Part shown: positions 9,925 to 20,314 of the stretch, piece by piece
Layout of the letters: each line of letters begins with the position of its first letter
Numbering within the stretch: position 1 is the first letter of the stretch
The notes under the pieces: generated by a model
The model's input: only the letters and a program-made list of their open reading frames with translations
Databases searched by the model: none
What the model was told of the DNA's origin: nothing
Assembly (NCBI GenBank): GCA_950072105.1
Contig: CATMOE010000003.1
Location: 64,001-128,000, forward strand
Direction: 5' to 3'
DNA length: 64,000 bases
DNA from: an uncultured Dehalococcoidia bacterium
Lineage (GTDB): Bacteria > Chloroflexota > Dehalococcoidia > Lucifugimonadales > UBA3495
Position numbers and translations under genes: made by a program

Positions 9925-10647
9925 TCACAGATTTCTTAAGGCTTCCTGTTGCGCCTTAAACAGGACCTCCATACCCGCTGCGGCCAGGTCTAGCACTTCC
10001 ACCACCTGCTGACGAGGGAATGGCGCAGCCTCGGTGGCGCCTTGTAGCTCCACCATATCACCGCTTTTAGTGAGAACAAGATTGAAGTCCACGTCGGCCT
10101 TGAAGTCCTCTTCATAACACAGATCGAGCATCAATTCACCGTCGATTATGCCGACGCTGATGGCCGCCACCGCATCTCTGATCGGCAGCTTGGGCAAGAT
10201 CCGGTTGTCGACCAGCATTTGCAGCGCCTGATGCAGAGCGACATACGCCCCGGTGATAGCGGCGGTCCGGGTCCCGCCGTCCGCTTGGATAACGTCGCAG
10301 TCCACCGTCACGGTTCTCTCGCCCAAAGCCTCCAGGTCGGTAACGGCCCGCAGCGATCGCCCGATAAGCCGTTGGATCTCTTGGGAACGCCCGTTGATGC
10401 GCCCGGCGTCCCGGTCTCGGGCGGTTCGAGTGTTGGTGGCGCGGGGCAACATCGCGTATTCGGCGGTCACCCAACCCTTGCCCTGGCCTCTCAAGAATGC
10501 CGGTACCCGTTCTTCCAGGGAAACCGCGCACAACACTTTGGTTTCGCCCACTTCTATCAGCGCCGAGCCTTCGGCGAACTTCTGGTGGTTCAAGGTGATA
10601 CTAGCCGGCCGGCTTTCATCCCATCGCCGGCCATCCGCTCTAACCAA
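9925..10647 (-). CDS. rph: Ribonuclease PH
   Basis: RADGRR, GWVTAEYAMLP, RSQEIQRLIGRSLR, QADGGTRTA; TTG start after GGAGGAG. Confidence 0.96.
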   Translation of the reverse strand: MVRADGRRWDESRPASITLNHQKFAEGSALIEVGETKVLCAVSLEERVPAFLRGQGKGWVTAEYAMLPRATNTRTARDRDAGRINGRSQEIQRLIGRSLRAVTDLEALGERTVTVDCDVIQADGGTRTAAITGAYVALHQALQMLVDNRILPKLPIRDAVAAISVGIIDGELMLDLCYEEDFKADVDFNLVLTKSGDMVELQGATEAAPFPRQQVVEVLDLAAAGMEVLFKAQQEALRNL

Positions 10648-10754
10648 AATGGACTCTCCTCCGGAAATTAAACTGTTCACAGGCAAAGTTGCTCCCCAGT
10701 ATACATGACCGGATTTAATCTTGGCCTTCAGTGCGCCGGGGAGCACCCGTCGAT

Positions 10755-13235
10755 CTATGGGTAATCCCTATCGGTCCCCACCCATAGATCGACGCCATCG
10801 CTGATGAACTCGATGGTCCCCTGCCGGTCAGTCCTGAATAATCCCTCCGGCCCCAAGAATCGCTCCAAGCGTTCGGCCACCTCCGCGTGGGGGTGTCCGA
10901 ACTGGTTGCCGGCGCCAGAGGAGATAACCGCTAAAGTTGGGTTCACCTGGTTCAAAAAACCGGCGGTGCTTGAAGTGCGGCTGCCATGGTGGCCCGCCTT
11001 AAGCACCGTGCTCGCCAATTCAGCGGAGGAACGAACCAGGTAGCCTTCGGCAAAAGCTCCAATGTCCGAGGCCAGCATGAAAGACACCTGGCCATAGATG
11101 AGCCGTATCACCACGGCATTGTTATTACGGTCCGAACCTGACCCGTTGAATGGCACCCTTGGTGGGTTCAGCACTTCCAAGGTTACTCCGGGCTCCACCT
11201 CCAACCGGTAACCCTCAGAAACTTTCACCGGGTCGATCTGTCGCCGCTTCAACTTGGCCTGCCACTCTTGGGGCAAATCATCGTCCAAAGGGTTTCCGCC
11301 CACCACCACGGTCGCCACGTCGTACCGGTCCAGTACTTCCAGAAGCCCCTTACTGTGGTCCCCATCCAGGTGCGTCATTACCACCACATCCAAGCTTCGG
11401 TCCGTGGCAGACATGGGACCGGCCAATGCTCGAGTTGCGCTGGTTAGATCAGGTCCGCCGTCCACCAACACCTGCTTTCCCTCTGGGGTAACGATCAGGA
11501 TGCTGTCGCCTTGGCCTACGTCGAAGAAGTAAACGTGGAGTTTCCCGTCGTGTCTTTGCAACACCTGAATCCAAAGGATCACCGAAACGACCAGCAAACT
11601 CACAGCCAAGAAGACGATACCCAACGACCATCTGGCCTGACCTCCATGTTTCGCTAACCCTCCAAACAGACGGTCCGATGCTGCGATGACCCGGATCCCC
11701 GCTCCTTGAGCACGAGCCACCCGGCCCGGTACGAAAATCAATCCCAACAACAGCCCATACCAGGCCAACACCACAGGCGTTCCTACCCAGGTCCCTGGAA
11801 TTCCCGGCGACGGCAGTACTGAGATCAATCACAGGAGGTAGGACAGGGGCACAAAGGTTATCCAGCCGGCAAACTGCCCCAACAGCGGGTGCGCCAGGCC
11901 CAACCCGCCGGTGGCCAGTGACCCGCCAAGAATGGAGGGCATGGCCGGCAATGCCAGCAAGGTTGCCGGAATACTCGCCAGAGGAATCCGGTCGAAATTC
12001 GACGCCACCAAGGGCCAGGTGGCCAACGTTGCCCCCAACGACACGATCAACGCCGATGATATCCAGTTTCCGGCTTGCCAGGCCAGATGCTTCAACCAAG
12101 ACCCAGAAGCCGCGGCCCGGCGTGTGATTGATTCTGAAATCTTGGAATGAAGGGGCAAGACCAGGACGATCCCCGCCAAGGCGGTGAAGCTAAGCTGGAA
12201 AGAGATCTGCCCAAGTACTTTAGGCTCGATTCCAACCATCACTGCGGCGCTCAGTGCCAAGGAAGGCAGAGCGCTCCGAGGTCTGCCCAAGGCCAAAGCA
12301 GCCAAGAACACCGACCCCATGATCCCGGCCAGCAACACCGAAACCGGAAAACCGCTGACCAGGACATAGAACCAGATGGCCGCCAGCGCCAGCAACAGAT
12401 AAGCCGGACTTCGCCGTCCGAATATCCAGGTCGCCGCCATCATCGTCATGGCTATCAGGACCCCAACGTGCAGGCCTGAGATGGCCAGCAGATGGGCGGC
12501 TCCGGTCTGGCGAAAATCCTCCTTCACGTCGGCCGGGAGTTGGCCGCGAAGCCCCAGCAGCAACGCCTGGGCCAAGGCCGAGTGGGGCTCCGGCAACGCC
12601 TCCTGTAACTCTTCGGCCAGGTTCCGCCGCAGTCCGAACATCCAACCCTTCCAGGCCGAAGCCGGCCGCCCCTCCCATTGGGAAATCAGCTCCGCGTTCC
12701 GGACCCAAAGTATCCCGGAAATGCCCTGATGGCTCAGATAAGAAGGATAATTGAAGTCCTCGAAAACTTGCGGCTGCCGTAACTCGCCCTCTAGCAGCAG
12801 CGTGTCCCCATACCGAAAGTAGGGGTCGTCGCGCTGGGAAAGCAGACTTGGAGGAGGACTGGCGTAAACCAAAGCCTTGGCCTCAGGACGGGTAGTCTCC
12901 CCCTCCCGGTTAATCTCCGCCACGGATAGCACGAACTTAATCCGGCGGGCCGTCGCCTCCGGGTCGTTAACTATCCGCCCCCGCAGCGTAACAGTTTCCT
13001 TTCCCTGCACCGCCAACGACCTAACGGTGACTTCCCAGGCTTCAATCCGTAACAACCCCGCCAACAGGACGACCACCAGCAACACCGGCCAAAGAGACCG
13101 CCCCAGCAACCGCAGCAACAACCCCGCCGGCAACGCAGCGAGTAGCAGCAACGCAACCGGAAGGATACCGGCTTCGAGGCTTAAGCCGATTAAGATCCCG
13201 GCCAGCCAGGCAGCCACAAGTAAGGCTAGCTTCAC
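10755..13235 (-). pseudogene. comEC: ComEC/Rec2 DNA uptake protein split by an in-frame TGA at 11829-11831
   Basis: Competence domain (HLLAISGLH, SFQLSF) in 11829-13235 and metallo-beta-lactamase domain (DVGQGD, THLDGDH, GHHGS) in 10755-11828; same frame, separated by one stop codon. Confidence 0.85.
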
Positions 13236-13438
13236 GCTGTCTCCTGAATGTCTGGATCCCTTTCAATCAAGTAAGTCCCTCGCCCCTTGATCTCTAAAGC
13301 CCATTTTTACCCACCAGGTCAAGTAGTACGATAGAAAGTATCAACAGGGACCCGGCAATGTGAGTGTAATACGGGGTCCGGGACTCCTAATAAAGTAAGA
13401 AAAGGGCGAATCCCATGGTGGCTGTGGAGATATGATCG

Positions 13439-13516
13439 GTGGCGACTAAAGTAGCCATTCTGTTCGTCATTGGCACAGTGGTGGTGGCTTGGTACTTTGT
13501 GGTCTCTTGGCTATGA
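13439..13516 (+). CDS. Putative 25-aa single-transmembrane peptide MATKVAILFVIGTVVVAWYFVVSWL
   Basis: GTG start with GGAG upstream; entirely hydrophobic; below the ORF-track length cutoff. Confidence 0.35.
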   Translation: MATKVAILFVIGTVVVAWYFVVSWL

Positions 13517-13587
13517 GGATCCAACATCAGGAAGAGGAAGTACGGAGAGGGCGAATCCAATTGCGACCTTGGTGACCCTGGGGAAAG

Positions 13588-14505
13588 ATGAAATTAGACT
13601 CAATATTCCGCGTATTCTCTCGGCGATCTCCTGATGAAAGGGCGGTTGGAAAACCCCTAACAAAAGAGTTTCGAAGCCGATTCGCGCTCCTCTGCCAAGA
13701 CGCGATCAAAGGAGATGACGCCACAACTTTTTGGGGGGCAATCCATAGAAATCTTCAAATGCTTCACGGGCGACAAAGGCTATATGCTCAGTCGCTAAAA
13801 ATCCTGAGCGACCTCGACGATCTATCGGAATTCGTAAACCGATGCAGTGACAATCACTTCTTCGACTTTGTGGAGTTCATATTCGGGTCCGAACATCTAT
13901 GGCGGTTCGGTTCGGACGCAAATCATAATCGTTTCGTCGAGGATGTCAACCGTTTGTTCGAGGTGGACGACTTACCATACGCCCTGACGGGATTCGTCCG
14001 TCAAGAGGGAGTCGGCTCGTTCCATGGTAGTCCAACCAAGACTATAGAGACGACTGCTTATCCCCGAGTCATTCTCCGGGACAGCCAGGTCGAACACGCT
14101 GAAATAATTGAGCCAACACTAACACTGTTGACCGGTGCTGACTTCAAAAGCGCAAACGATGAATTTCTCGCAGCGCTTACGGATTACCGGAAGGGAGACT
14201 ATGGGGATTGCTTAACGAAATGTGCGAGTTCCTTTGAAAGTGTGATGAAAATCATTTGCGACCGCAAGAAATGGCCTTTTAAGCAGACCGACACGGCCTC
14301 GGACCTCCTCAAGATTGTTCGTCCGAATACAAACTTGGATTCGTTCTTTGACCAGCCGCTCATGATTATAGCCACTCTAAGGAACCGTATCAGCACGGCG
14401 CATGGCGCAGGCACTCAGGTGAAGGCTCCCCCTAGTCATCTTGCCAGATATGCAATCAACGCCACTGGTGCGGCGATTCTCCTCCTTGTAGATGAGACGT
14501 CTTAG
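13588..14505 (+). CDS. Abortive-infection/HEPN-type protein (Abi_C / AbiJ-like)
   Basis: C-terminal helical domain with FESVMKII and LRNRISTAHGAG (R-x6-H); atypical composition. Confidence 0.65.
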   Translation: MKLDSIFRVFSRRSPDERAVGKPLTKEFRSRFALLCQDAIKGDDATTFWGAIHRNLQMLHGRQRLYAQSLKILSDLDDLSEFVNRCSDNHFFDFVEFIFGSEHLWRFGSDANHNRFVEDVNRLFEVDDLPYALTGFVRQEGVGSFHGSPTKTIETTAYPRVILRDSQVEHAEIIEPTLTLLTGADFKSANDEFLAALTDYRKGDYGDCLTKCASSFESVMKIICDRKKWPFKQTDTASDLLKIVRPNTNLDSFFDQPLMIIATLRNRISTAHGAGTQVKAPPSHLARYAINATGAAILLLVDETS

Positions 14506-14589
14506 GCTGGGAATGGCTGAGCGCTAACACTTCGCGGGTTAGGTGGACGCATCCGAGACGGACTGACACGTAGGACCGAATAGAGGTGC

Positions 14590-15204
14590 TTGAAGGTACA
14601 CGCTTTGGACTGGAGATTGTTCACCGTCGCTATCGTCGGAGATTTGATTTGGCCGATTACCGCCCTCATCGTATTGTTGGTATTGCGCGGTCCGATCACT
14701 ACGTTGCTGGAGACGATAAGTCGATTTAAGGCGTCAGGGTTTGGATCAAACATCGACGTAGACTTCGGTGTACAAGCCTCAGGGTTGGTCGATAGTGCGG
14801 TCAGTTTAGTTGGCGAGCATGAAACGGGAATCCTAATTGACCCTCCAGTTGGCGATGTACTACCAGATCTCGAAGATCGTTTCAAGGACCTTACATCGAT
14901 TGTTTACGTCGCCCCGCAAGGAGCTATCCTCGAGGCTTGGAAAATAATTGAGCAGGAGTTATCAAGGGTGGCCCAGCTGCATGGTATAGGGCAGCCAGCT
15001 CAAAATCGTTCTATAAGGAGAATGATAAACGATATGTCAGATTTGGGGTTCTTGCACAAGTCCGAGGCGCTGCTACTTGACGAGCTCCGGTTCCTTCGCA
15101 ATCAAGCCGCCCATCCAAACACCAAAAACGAATTATCGCCAGAAAGCGCTCTCTATTACCTGGAGGCTACTAACTTGGCGCTAACTCTACTACGGTCCCA
15201 TTGA
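14590..15204 (+). CDS. Membrane-anchored protein with C-terminal HEPN (DUF4145-like) domain
   Basis: N-terminal TM (LIWPITALIVLLVL), AILEAWKIIE and LRNQAAH (R-x4-H). Confidence 0.65.
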   Translation: MKVHALDWRLFTVAIVGDLIWPITALIVLLVLRGPITTLLETISRFKASGFGSNIDVDFGVQASGLVDSAVSLVGEHETGILIDPPVGDVLPDLEDRFKDLTSIVYVAPQGAILEAWKIIEQELSRVAQLHGIGQPAQNRSIRRMINDMSDLGFLHKSEALLLDELRFLRNQAAHPNTKNELSPESALYYLEATNLALTLLRSH

Positions 15205-15268
15205 CGTTGTAGTTAGAACCGGCTGCGTAGACGCTGCCGAGCGACAATAAACACATTTATCTTCCAGG

Positions 15269-15945
15269 CTAAGGCAACTCACCAACAATAACCAATTCCC
15301 GGATCTCCCCAAAGATGGACGGTCCTATCCCCTTGACCCGCGTGATTTGCTCAATGGTGAGGAAAGGCCCGTTCAACTCCCGGTCGGCAACGATATCCCC
15401 CGCCCGCACCGGTCCGATGCCTGGTAGCGTTTCCAGCAACTCGGCGGACGCCGTATTCAGATCGATCAACTCTCCAGAGGACTGTCCCTCGCCGCTCTTT
15501 GAGAAGCTGCTGGAGCTGTGACAACGTTTGATTCGGGGTCGGGTGGCTCTCCGATTCTTGGGATCTTGTATTGGGCCTCGTCTTGAACCCGGAGGGCCAA
15601 GTTGACCGCTTCCAGGTCGGCTTCAGGTGTTTCGCCGCCCGCTGCCTCCACCGCATCGATCAACCGGTCCCCTGGTTTTAACGTGTATACTCCTGGCCGG
15701 CGAACCGCGCCGCTGACATAAACCTGGAGTTCAGGCTCGGATTCGGTTGTTTGGGATGATCTAGTTCCGGCCGGAGCATTCCCGCCAGCCGAATCTTGGG
15801 GTGTGGGTAGGATTATCCGCACCGGTGTGTTGCCGCCGCCACGGCTGATTAACGCCACCCCGGCGATCACTATGATGACCACCAAAGCGCCCAGAACAAC
15901 GACCGCTAATTTTTTGAATTTCGATTCAGGCATGTCCCTTCTCAA
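15269..15945 (-). pseudogene. comEA: ComEA DNA-binding protein, frameshifted in the linker
   Basis: TM plus SLBB domain (VYVSGAVRRPGVY, VNLA) in 15466-15945; HhH domain (IDLNTAS..LPGIGP..VKGIGP) in another frame at 15269-15469. Confidence 0.85.
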
Positions 15946-16022
15946 AGGCTTGACGGTTGTCTTGTGTTTAACGCCGGTATCCGATTATAATTTACCCCAG
16001 TTTTTGACGAAAGGGGTCACAG

Positions 16023-16982
16023 TTGAGCACCAATAAAACCTCCACCGGCGAAGAGCTTCTGGCATTCTTTCGGGGCGAGTACGTGCCCATCAGCGAGGCG
16101 CGCGTCAGCGTCATGACCCACGCCCTGCATTATGCAACCGCCGTGTTCGAGGGAATCAGAGGCAACTGGAACGAAGAAAAGGGCCTTATACATATTTTCA
16201 AACTGCGGGAGCACTACGAGCGCATGCTCAAGGGCTGCCGCTTGCTGATGCTGGATATTCCCTACTCTTTGGAAGACCTCTGCCAGATCACAGTTGAATT
16301 GGTGGAAAGGAACGGCCACCGGCAGGACATCTATATCCGCCCTCTGGCTTACAAGAGCGCCGAGTTGGTTGCCAACCTGAAGCTGCAAGACCTGGCCAGC
16401 GACTTTACCCTTATTACCGTCCCCTTCGGCAACTACTTAGGCTCCGACGAGCTGCGTTGCTGTACATCTTCATGGCGCCGTCCGGAAGACACGATGATTC
16501 CCACCCACATCAAGAGCAGCGCAAGCTACATCAACAGTATCTTGGCCAAGACAGAGGCCACTCTGGCCGGATTTGATGAGGCCATCATCCTGAATCAAAA
16601 AGGCCAGGTTTGCGAAGGCTCCGGCGAAAACCTCTTCATGGTGTCCCGCGGCCGGTTGATAACACCGTTGTTGGAAGACAACGCTTTGCCGGGGTTTACC
16701 CGCGATACCATCATGGATCTGGCCGTACGGGAGTTCGGCCTTGAAGTCGTGGAGCGAAGTATCGACCGTAGTGAACTATACCTGGCCGATGAGGTTTTCC
16801 TGACCGGCACGGCGGCTCACCTAACGCCGGTGGTGGAGCTGGACAGCCGGGCCATCGGCGACGGAAAAACCGGACCCATTTCCAACAAGCTGCAGAGAAT
16901 GTACTTTGACATCGTGTTGGGAAAGAATCCCAAATACCTCCATTGGTGCACCACCGCGCAGCCTCGCCTAGTTACTGCTTAG
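16023..16982 (+). CDS. ilvE: Branched-chain amino acid aminotransferase
   Basis: HALHYATAVFEGIR, EGSGENLF, LPGFTR, FLTGTAA. Confidence 0.95.
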   Translation: MSTNKTSTGEELLAFFRGEYVPISEARVSVMTHALHYATAVFEGIRGNWNEEKGLIHIFKLREHYERMLKGCRLLMLDIPYSLEDLCQITVELVERNGHRQDIYIRPLAYKSAELVANLKLQDLASDFTLITVPFGNYLGSDELRCCTSSWRRPEDTMIPTHIKSSASYINSILAKTEATLAGFDEAIILNQKGQVCEGSGENLFMVSRGRLITPLLEDNALPGFTRDTIMDLAVREFGLEVVERSIDRSELYLADEVFLTGTAAHLTPVVELDSRAIGDGKTGPISNKLQRMYFDIVLGKNPKYLHWCTTAQPRLVTA

Positions 16983-17120
16983 GCAAACCACACCCGATAA
17001 AGAACCACCGGATTGCGGGTAGGCTATCCTGGTTTTGCGTCCGGCTTACCCTTCGGTTATTCCCACAGTCGCGATACGCAAAAGGACGAAACTAGAGAAT
17101 TTCTCCGGGGAGATGGCGAG

Positions 17121-17735
17121 TTGCCACCCAACGGGACGATCTGGTTGATCTCCGGCCTGGTTTCCTATCTGATAGGAGGCCTGCCAACCGCGTACATCGC
17201 GGCGCGGATGCTCAAAGGCCAGGACATCCGGAAGCTGGGTGACCGCAATGTCGGGGCGGCCAACGTCTATCGCAACATCGGCCCAACCGCCGGTCTCGCG
17301 GTGGGCGCCGTAGATATAGCCAAGGGTGCGGTCGTGGTTTTGCTGGCCCGCGTTCTAGTAGATTCCACGGTTGCCGAAATGATTTGCGGAGTGGCGGTTA
17401 TCGCTGGTCACAGTTGGCCGGTCCACTTCCGGATGAAGGGCGGACGCGGCGCGGCCACGGCAGTCGGTGTGTTAATAGCGATGATGCCCGCACTGGCGAT
17501 TCCTTTGTCTCTGTTGGCGGGGGTGGTACTGTTTTCGACCAAAAGCGCTATGAAAACTCTGAGTTTTTTCCTCATCGGCGTGCCGTTACTGGCTTGGTGG
17601 CCCGCTCACTATTCCAACCCCGTAGTCATTTTTGCGCTGGGTATACCGCTGATGGTTGGGTTTAGCCACTTCTTGAGCGTAAGGCGGCGAACCGGTCCCG
17701 GATCGGTTGGTGAACCGGCCTTGCCCCGCGGCTGA
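17121..17735 (+). CDS. plsY: Glycerol-3-phosphate acyltransferase PlsY family
   Basis: DIRKLGDRNVGAANV, DIAKG, GHSWP, KGGRGAAT; TTG start after GGGGAG. Confidence 0.85.
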   Translation: MPPNGTIWLISGLVSYLIGGLPTAYIAARMLKGQDIRKLGDRNVGAANVYRNIGPTAGLAVGAVDIAKGAVVVLLARVLVDSTVAEMICGVAVIAGHSWPVHFRMKGGRGAATAVGVLIAMMPALAIPLSLLAGVVLFSTKSAMKTLSFFLIGVPLLAWWPAHYSNPVVIFALGIPLMVGFSHFLSVRRRTGPGSVGEPALPRG

Positions 17736-17741
17736 ATATCC

Positions 17742-18218
17742 GTGGCCGGCTCCTTCGTTCCCGACTACCTGGTCCTGGTCTTCTTCGCCTCCTGTGGCGT
17801 TTTCCAGATGGCCGCGGCCTGCAACGGACTCCACGGCCTGCTTTTTTTCAAAGGACGCCGCACCGCCTTCATTTTCGGTCTCGTTCTGTGGGTTGCCGCT
17901 TTTGCCTGGTTCTTCCTGTCCGAGCCTCGCAACCAGCCCGACACCACCCTGGGATTGACCGGCAACCAACAGTTCGGATTTTTCTTCGTCGGCTCCGGCG
18001 CTGGGCTCACTTTCACACTCTTGATATCTTCCCTGCGGAACTTGAGCCTTGGCAAAGATCAGATCCAACCCGGACTCGACGCTTTAAGACAGAGCAACTA
18101 TCTACGAGCGCTCCACGGGACGCTGCGACCTTGGGTGGCTCTGCTCCGCGGCAGGTCGTTCACTGGACATAAGCCTAGCATCGGAGCCCAAACGCACTGT
18201 CAGGAAACCGAGGATTAG
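17742..18218 (+). CDS. Hypothetical membrane protein
   Basis: Three hydrophobic segments; tightly packed between plsY and the PAP2 gene. Confidence 0.65.
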   Translation: MAGSFVPDYLVLVFFASCGVFQMAAACNGLHGLLFFKGRRTAFIFGLVLWVAAFAWFFLSEPRNQPDTTLGLTGNQQFGFFFVGSGAGLTFTLLISSLRNLSLGKDQIQPGLDALRQSNYLRALHGTLRPWVALLRGRSFTGHKPSIGAQTHCQETED

Positions 18219-18220
18219 CC

Positions 18221-18811
18221 ATGGATACACTTCTCGAGTTGGACGGATGGATAGTGTTGTGGCTGAACCGGGGCATCGGCCATTCCGCTGTTTTGGACGG
18301 GGCTGCATATCTAGCCGTCAGCGACTACTTCGTGCCCTTGTCCATGTGTTTTTGGATGCTTGGCCTGTGGTTTTTCGGCCCCGACTCTGATACCAGAAGC
18401 CGTAATCAACGGGCTGTCTTGGCCGCTGCCATTGCTTTAGGGTTCGCCAATCTGGCGGTGCTGCTGCTGGACCAGGCCGTGTTCCGGGCCCGCCCGTTTA
18501 CCCGATTCGACCTGGCCACCCTATTCTACGCGCCTACCGACTCATCCTTTCCCGCAAATCCCGCGGCGGTCGCCTTCGCGATGGCTACGGCGGTGTGGCT
18601 GGGCAACCGTCGGGCCGCGATTCCGCTGCTTTGCTTGGGGGGCGTCTGGTGCCTGGCCCGGGTCTACAGTGGACTCTTCTATCCCAGCGATATCCTAGCC
18701 GGGAGCCTTATCGGCGCGGGCGTTGCCTGGTTGGTTACCCTGGGGATGAGGCGCATCGAGCCGGTGCCTACCTGGGTGCTAAACGGCGCCCGGTTTTTGC
18801 ACTTGGCTTGA
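18221..18811 (+). CDS. PAP2-family membrane phosphatase (BcrC/undecaprenyl-diphosphatase-like)
   Basis: RARPF, DSSFP, ARVYSGLFYPSD motifs; catalytic His residues appear substituted. Confidence 0.8.
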   Translation: MDTLLELDGWIVLWLNRGIGHSAVLDGAAYLAVSDYFVPLSMCFWMLGLWFFGPDSDTRSRNQRAVLAAAIALGFANLAVLLLDQAVFRARPFTRFDLATLFYAPTDSSFPANPAAVAFAMATAVWLGNRRAAIPLLCLGGVWCLARVYSGLFYPSDILAGSLIGAGVAWLVTLGMRRIEPVPTWVLNGARFLHLA

Positions 18812-18920
18812 CGAGCCGGGCCCTTCTTCCGGATTTCGATCTTCCAGCCACGAATTGCGCCCGTGCACGTATAATAGAACAGGGTCTGGCCGCCCATATC
18901 TAAACCTTCAGGAGGGATCC

Positions 18921-20060
18921 ATGGGCTGGTCTTCCCATCACGCCGTTGGACTTATCCACTACTCCCCCCAGCATTGCTACCGGGGGTACACCCTGTCTAC
19001 GAACACTCGTGGCAGCAACTACGCCGACCTCATCGACATGGAAGGCCGGATGTGCCACCGTTGGCACTCCGATGAGGGGATCGGTTACGCTCATTTATTG
19101 CCTTACGGGAACCTCCTCATCCGCACCTCTCCACCCGCCGACGCAGGTGGAGCGGAGAAGATCGGGGGCTCTTCAACGGCCATACTGGAGCTGGACTGGG
19201 ACGGAAACGTGGTCTGGGAGTACCGCAATCCCATGGTGCACCATGACTACGAACGCCTGCCTAACGGCAATACCCTGGTCTTGCTGTTCGAAAACCTTTC
19301 ACCGGAGATGACCGCCAGCATCAGAGGCGGGGCGCCCGGCGACTCGGACCCGGAGAGTATGTTCGGAGACATAGTCCAGGAGATCGCTCCCGACGGTTCG
19401 ATCGTCTACGAGTGGAAGGCCTGGGAACACCTCGACCCGGAAGAGGACGCTATCTGCCCCTTGGAAGACCGCGTGGAGTGGACCCACGGCAACTCCTTAA
19501 AAATAACGCCAGAAGGTGACCTGATCGTCAGCTACCGCCGGATCAGCACGGTGGGAATCGTCGACAAGGCCAGCGGGGATTTCCGTTGGAAATGGGGACG
19601 GGGCGAGATATCCCACCCCCACCATCCAACCTATTTGAGCAACGGCAATATTCTGTTATTCGACAACGGCTTCCATCGTCCGTTGGGTACCTATTCCCGG
19701 GTTGTTGAAGTGAACCCGGCCACCAGCGAGATCGTCTGGGAATACCGGGGACAACCCGCCATCTCCTTCTACAGCCAGGCAACCAGCAGCGCCGAGCGGC
19801 TCCCCAACGGCAATACACTGATCTGCGAGGGTACGCCGGGCCGCATCTTCGAAGTTACGGCCAACAAGGAGGTCGTGTGGGAATACATCAACCCCTTCTT
19901 CACGCAGGGGCAACCCCAGGCGTCGGGAGCGCCGGGTGAGTCCATAAACTCCTTATTTCGCTCCCATCGCTACGGCCCGGAATTCTCGGCCTTCAAGGGC
20001 CGTGACTTGGACCCGAATCGCTACGCCAACCTAAACCGCCTATACGCGTCTGCAAGATAG
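18921..20060 (+). CDS. Arylsulfotransferase (ASST)-like beta-propeller protein
   Basis: HHDYERLPNGN, WTHGNS, HHPT..FDNG, AERLPNGNTLI; RBS AGGAGG; no signal peptide. Confidence 0.85.
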   Translation: MGWSSHHAVGLIHYSPQHCYRGYTLSTNTRGSNYADLIDMEGRMCHRWHSDEGIGYAHLLPYGNLLIRTSPPADAGGAEKIGGSSTAILELDWDGNVVWEYRNPMVHHDYERLPNGNTLVLLFENLSPEMTASIRGGAPGDSDPESMFGDIVQEIAPDGSIVYEWKAWEHLDPEEDAICPLEDRVEWTHGNSLKITPEGDLIVSYRRISTVGIVDKASGDFRWKWGRGEISHPHHPTYLSNGNILLFDNGFHRPLGTYSRVVEVNPATSEIVWEYRGQPAISFYSQATSSAERLPNGNTLICEGTPGRIFEVTANKEVVWEYINPFFTQGQPQASGAPGESINSLFRSHRYGPEFSAFKGRDLDPNRYANLNRLYASAR

Positions 20061-20083
20061 CCGCCAATGTAGGTAGGCGTCGC

Positions 20084-20199
20084 CCATCGTTGTTCCGGCC
20101 CTTCCGCGGAAGGGGAACCCAGGAATAGTTCAGGTTTCAAGCCGCGCTTCCTGGTTCGGGATCTGCTGGATTTCCGCCTGCGCGGGAATGACGGGATGG
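20084..20199. repeat. Degenerate REP-like inverted repeat (GTCATTCCCGCGCAGGCGG-type family)
   Basis: Right arm CTGGATTTCCGCCTGCGCGGGAATGACGG at 20166-20194 with a decayed left arm near 20088-20122. Confidence 0.6.
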
Positions 20200-20314
20200 T
20201 CTTAGGATCTTGAACCCCGTCCTTCTAGCGAAATCGGTGGCGGGGCTGGCGGGCTGCTCGTTTCCTAAGTGACCGCTCCAAAGCCCTGGCTAAGCCCTAT
20301 GCTATACTTTCCCC

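Noticed and set aside
11829..11831. comEC TGA as selenocysteine or an alternative genetic code
   Set aside because: It is not in a Cys-type motif, and TGA is used as a normal stop in many genes of the window.
14521..15218. GCGCTAAC...GTTAG pairs after both HEPN genes as attC sites
   Set aside because: They span only about 23 and 40 bp, shorter than known attC sites, with imperfect core boxes and no integrase.
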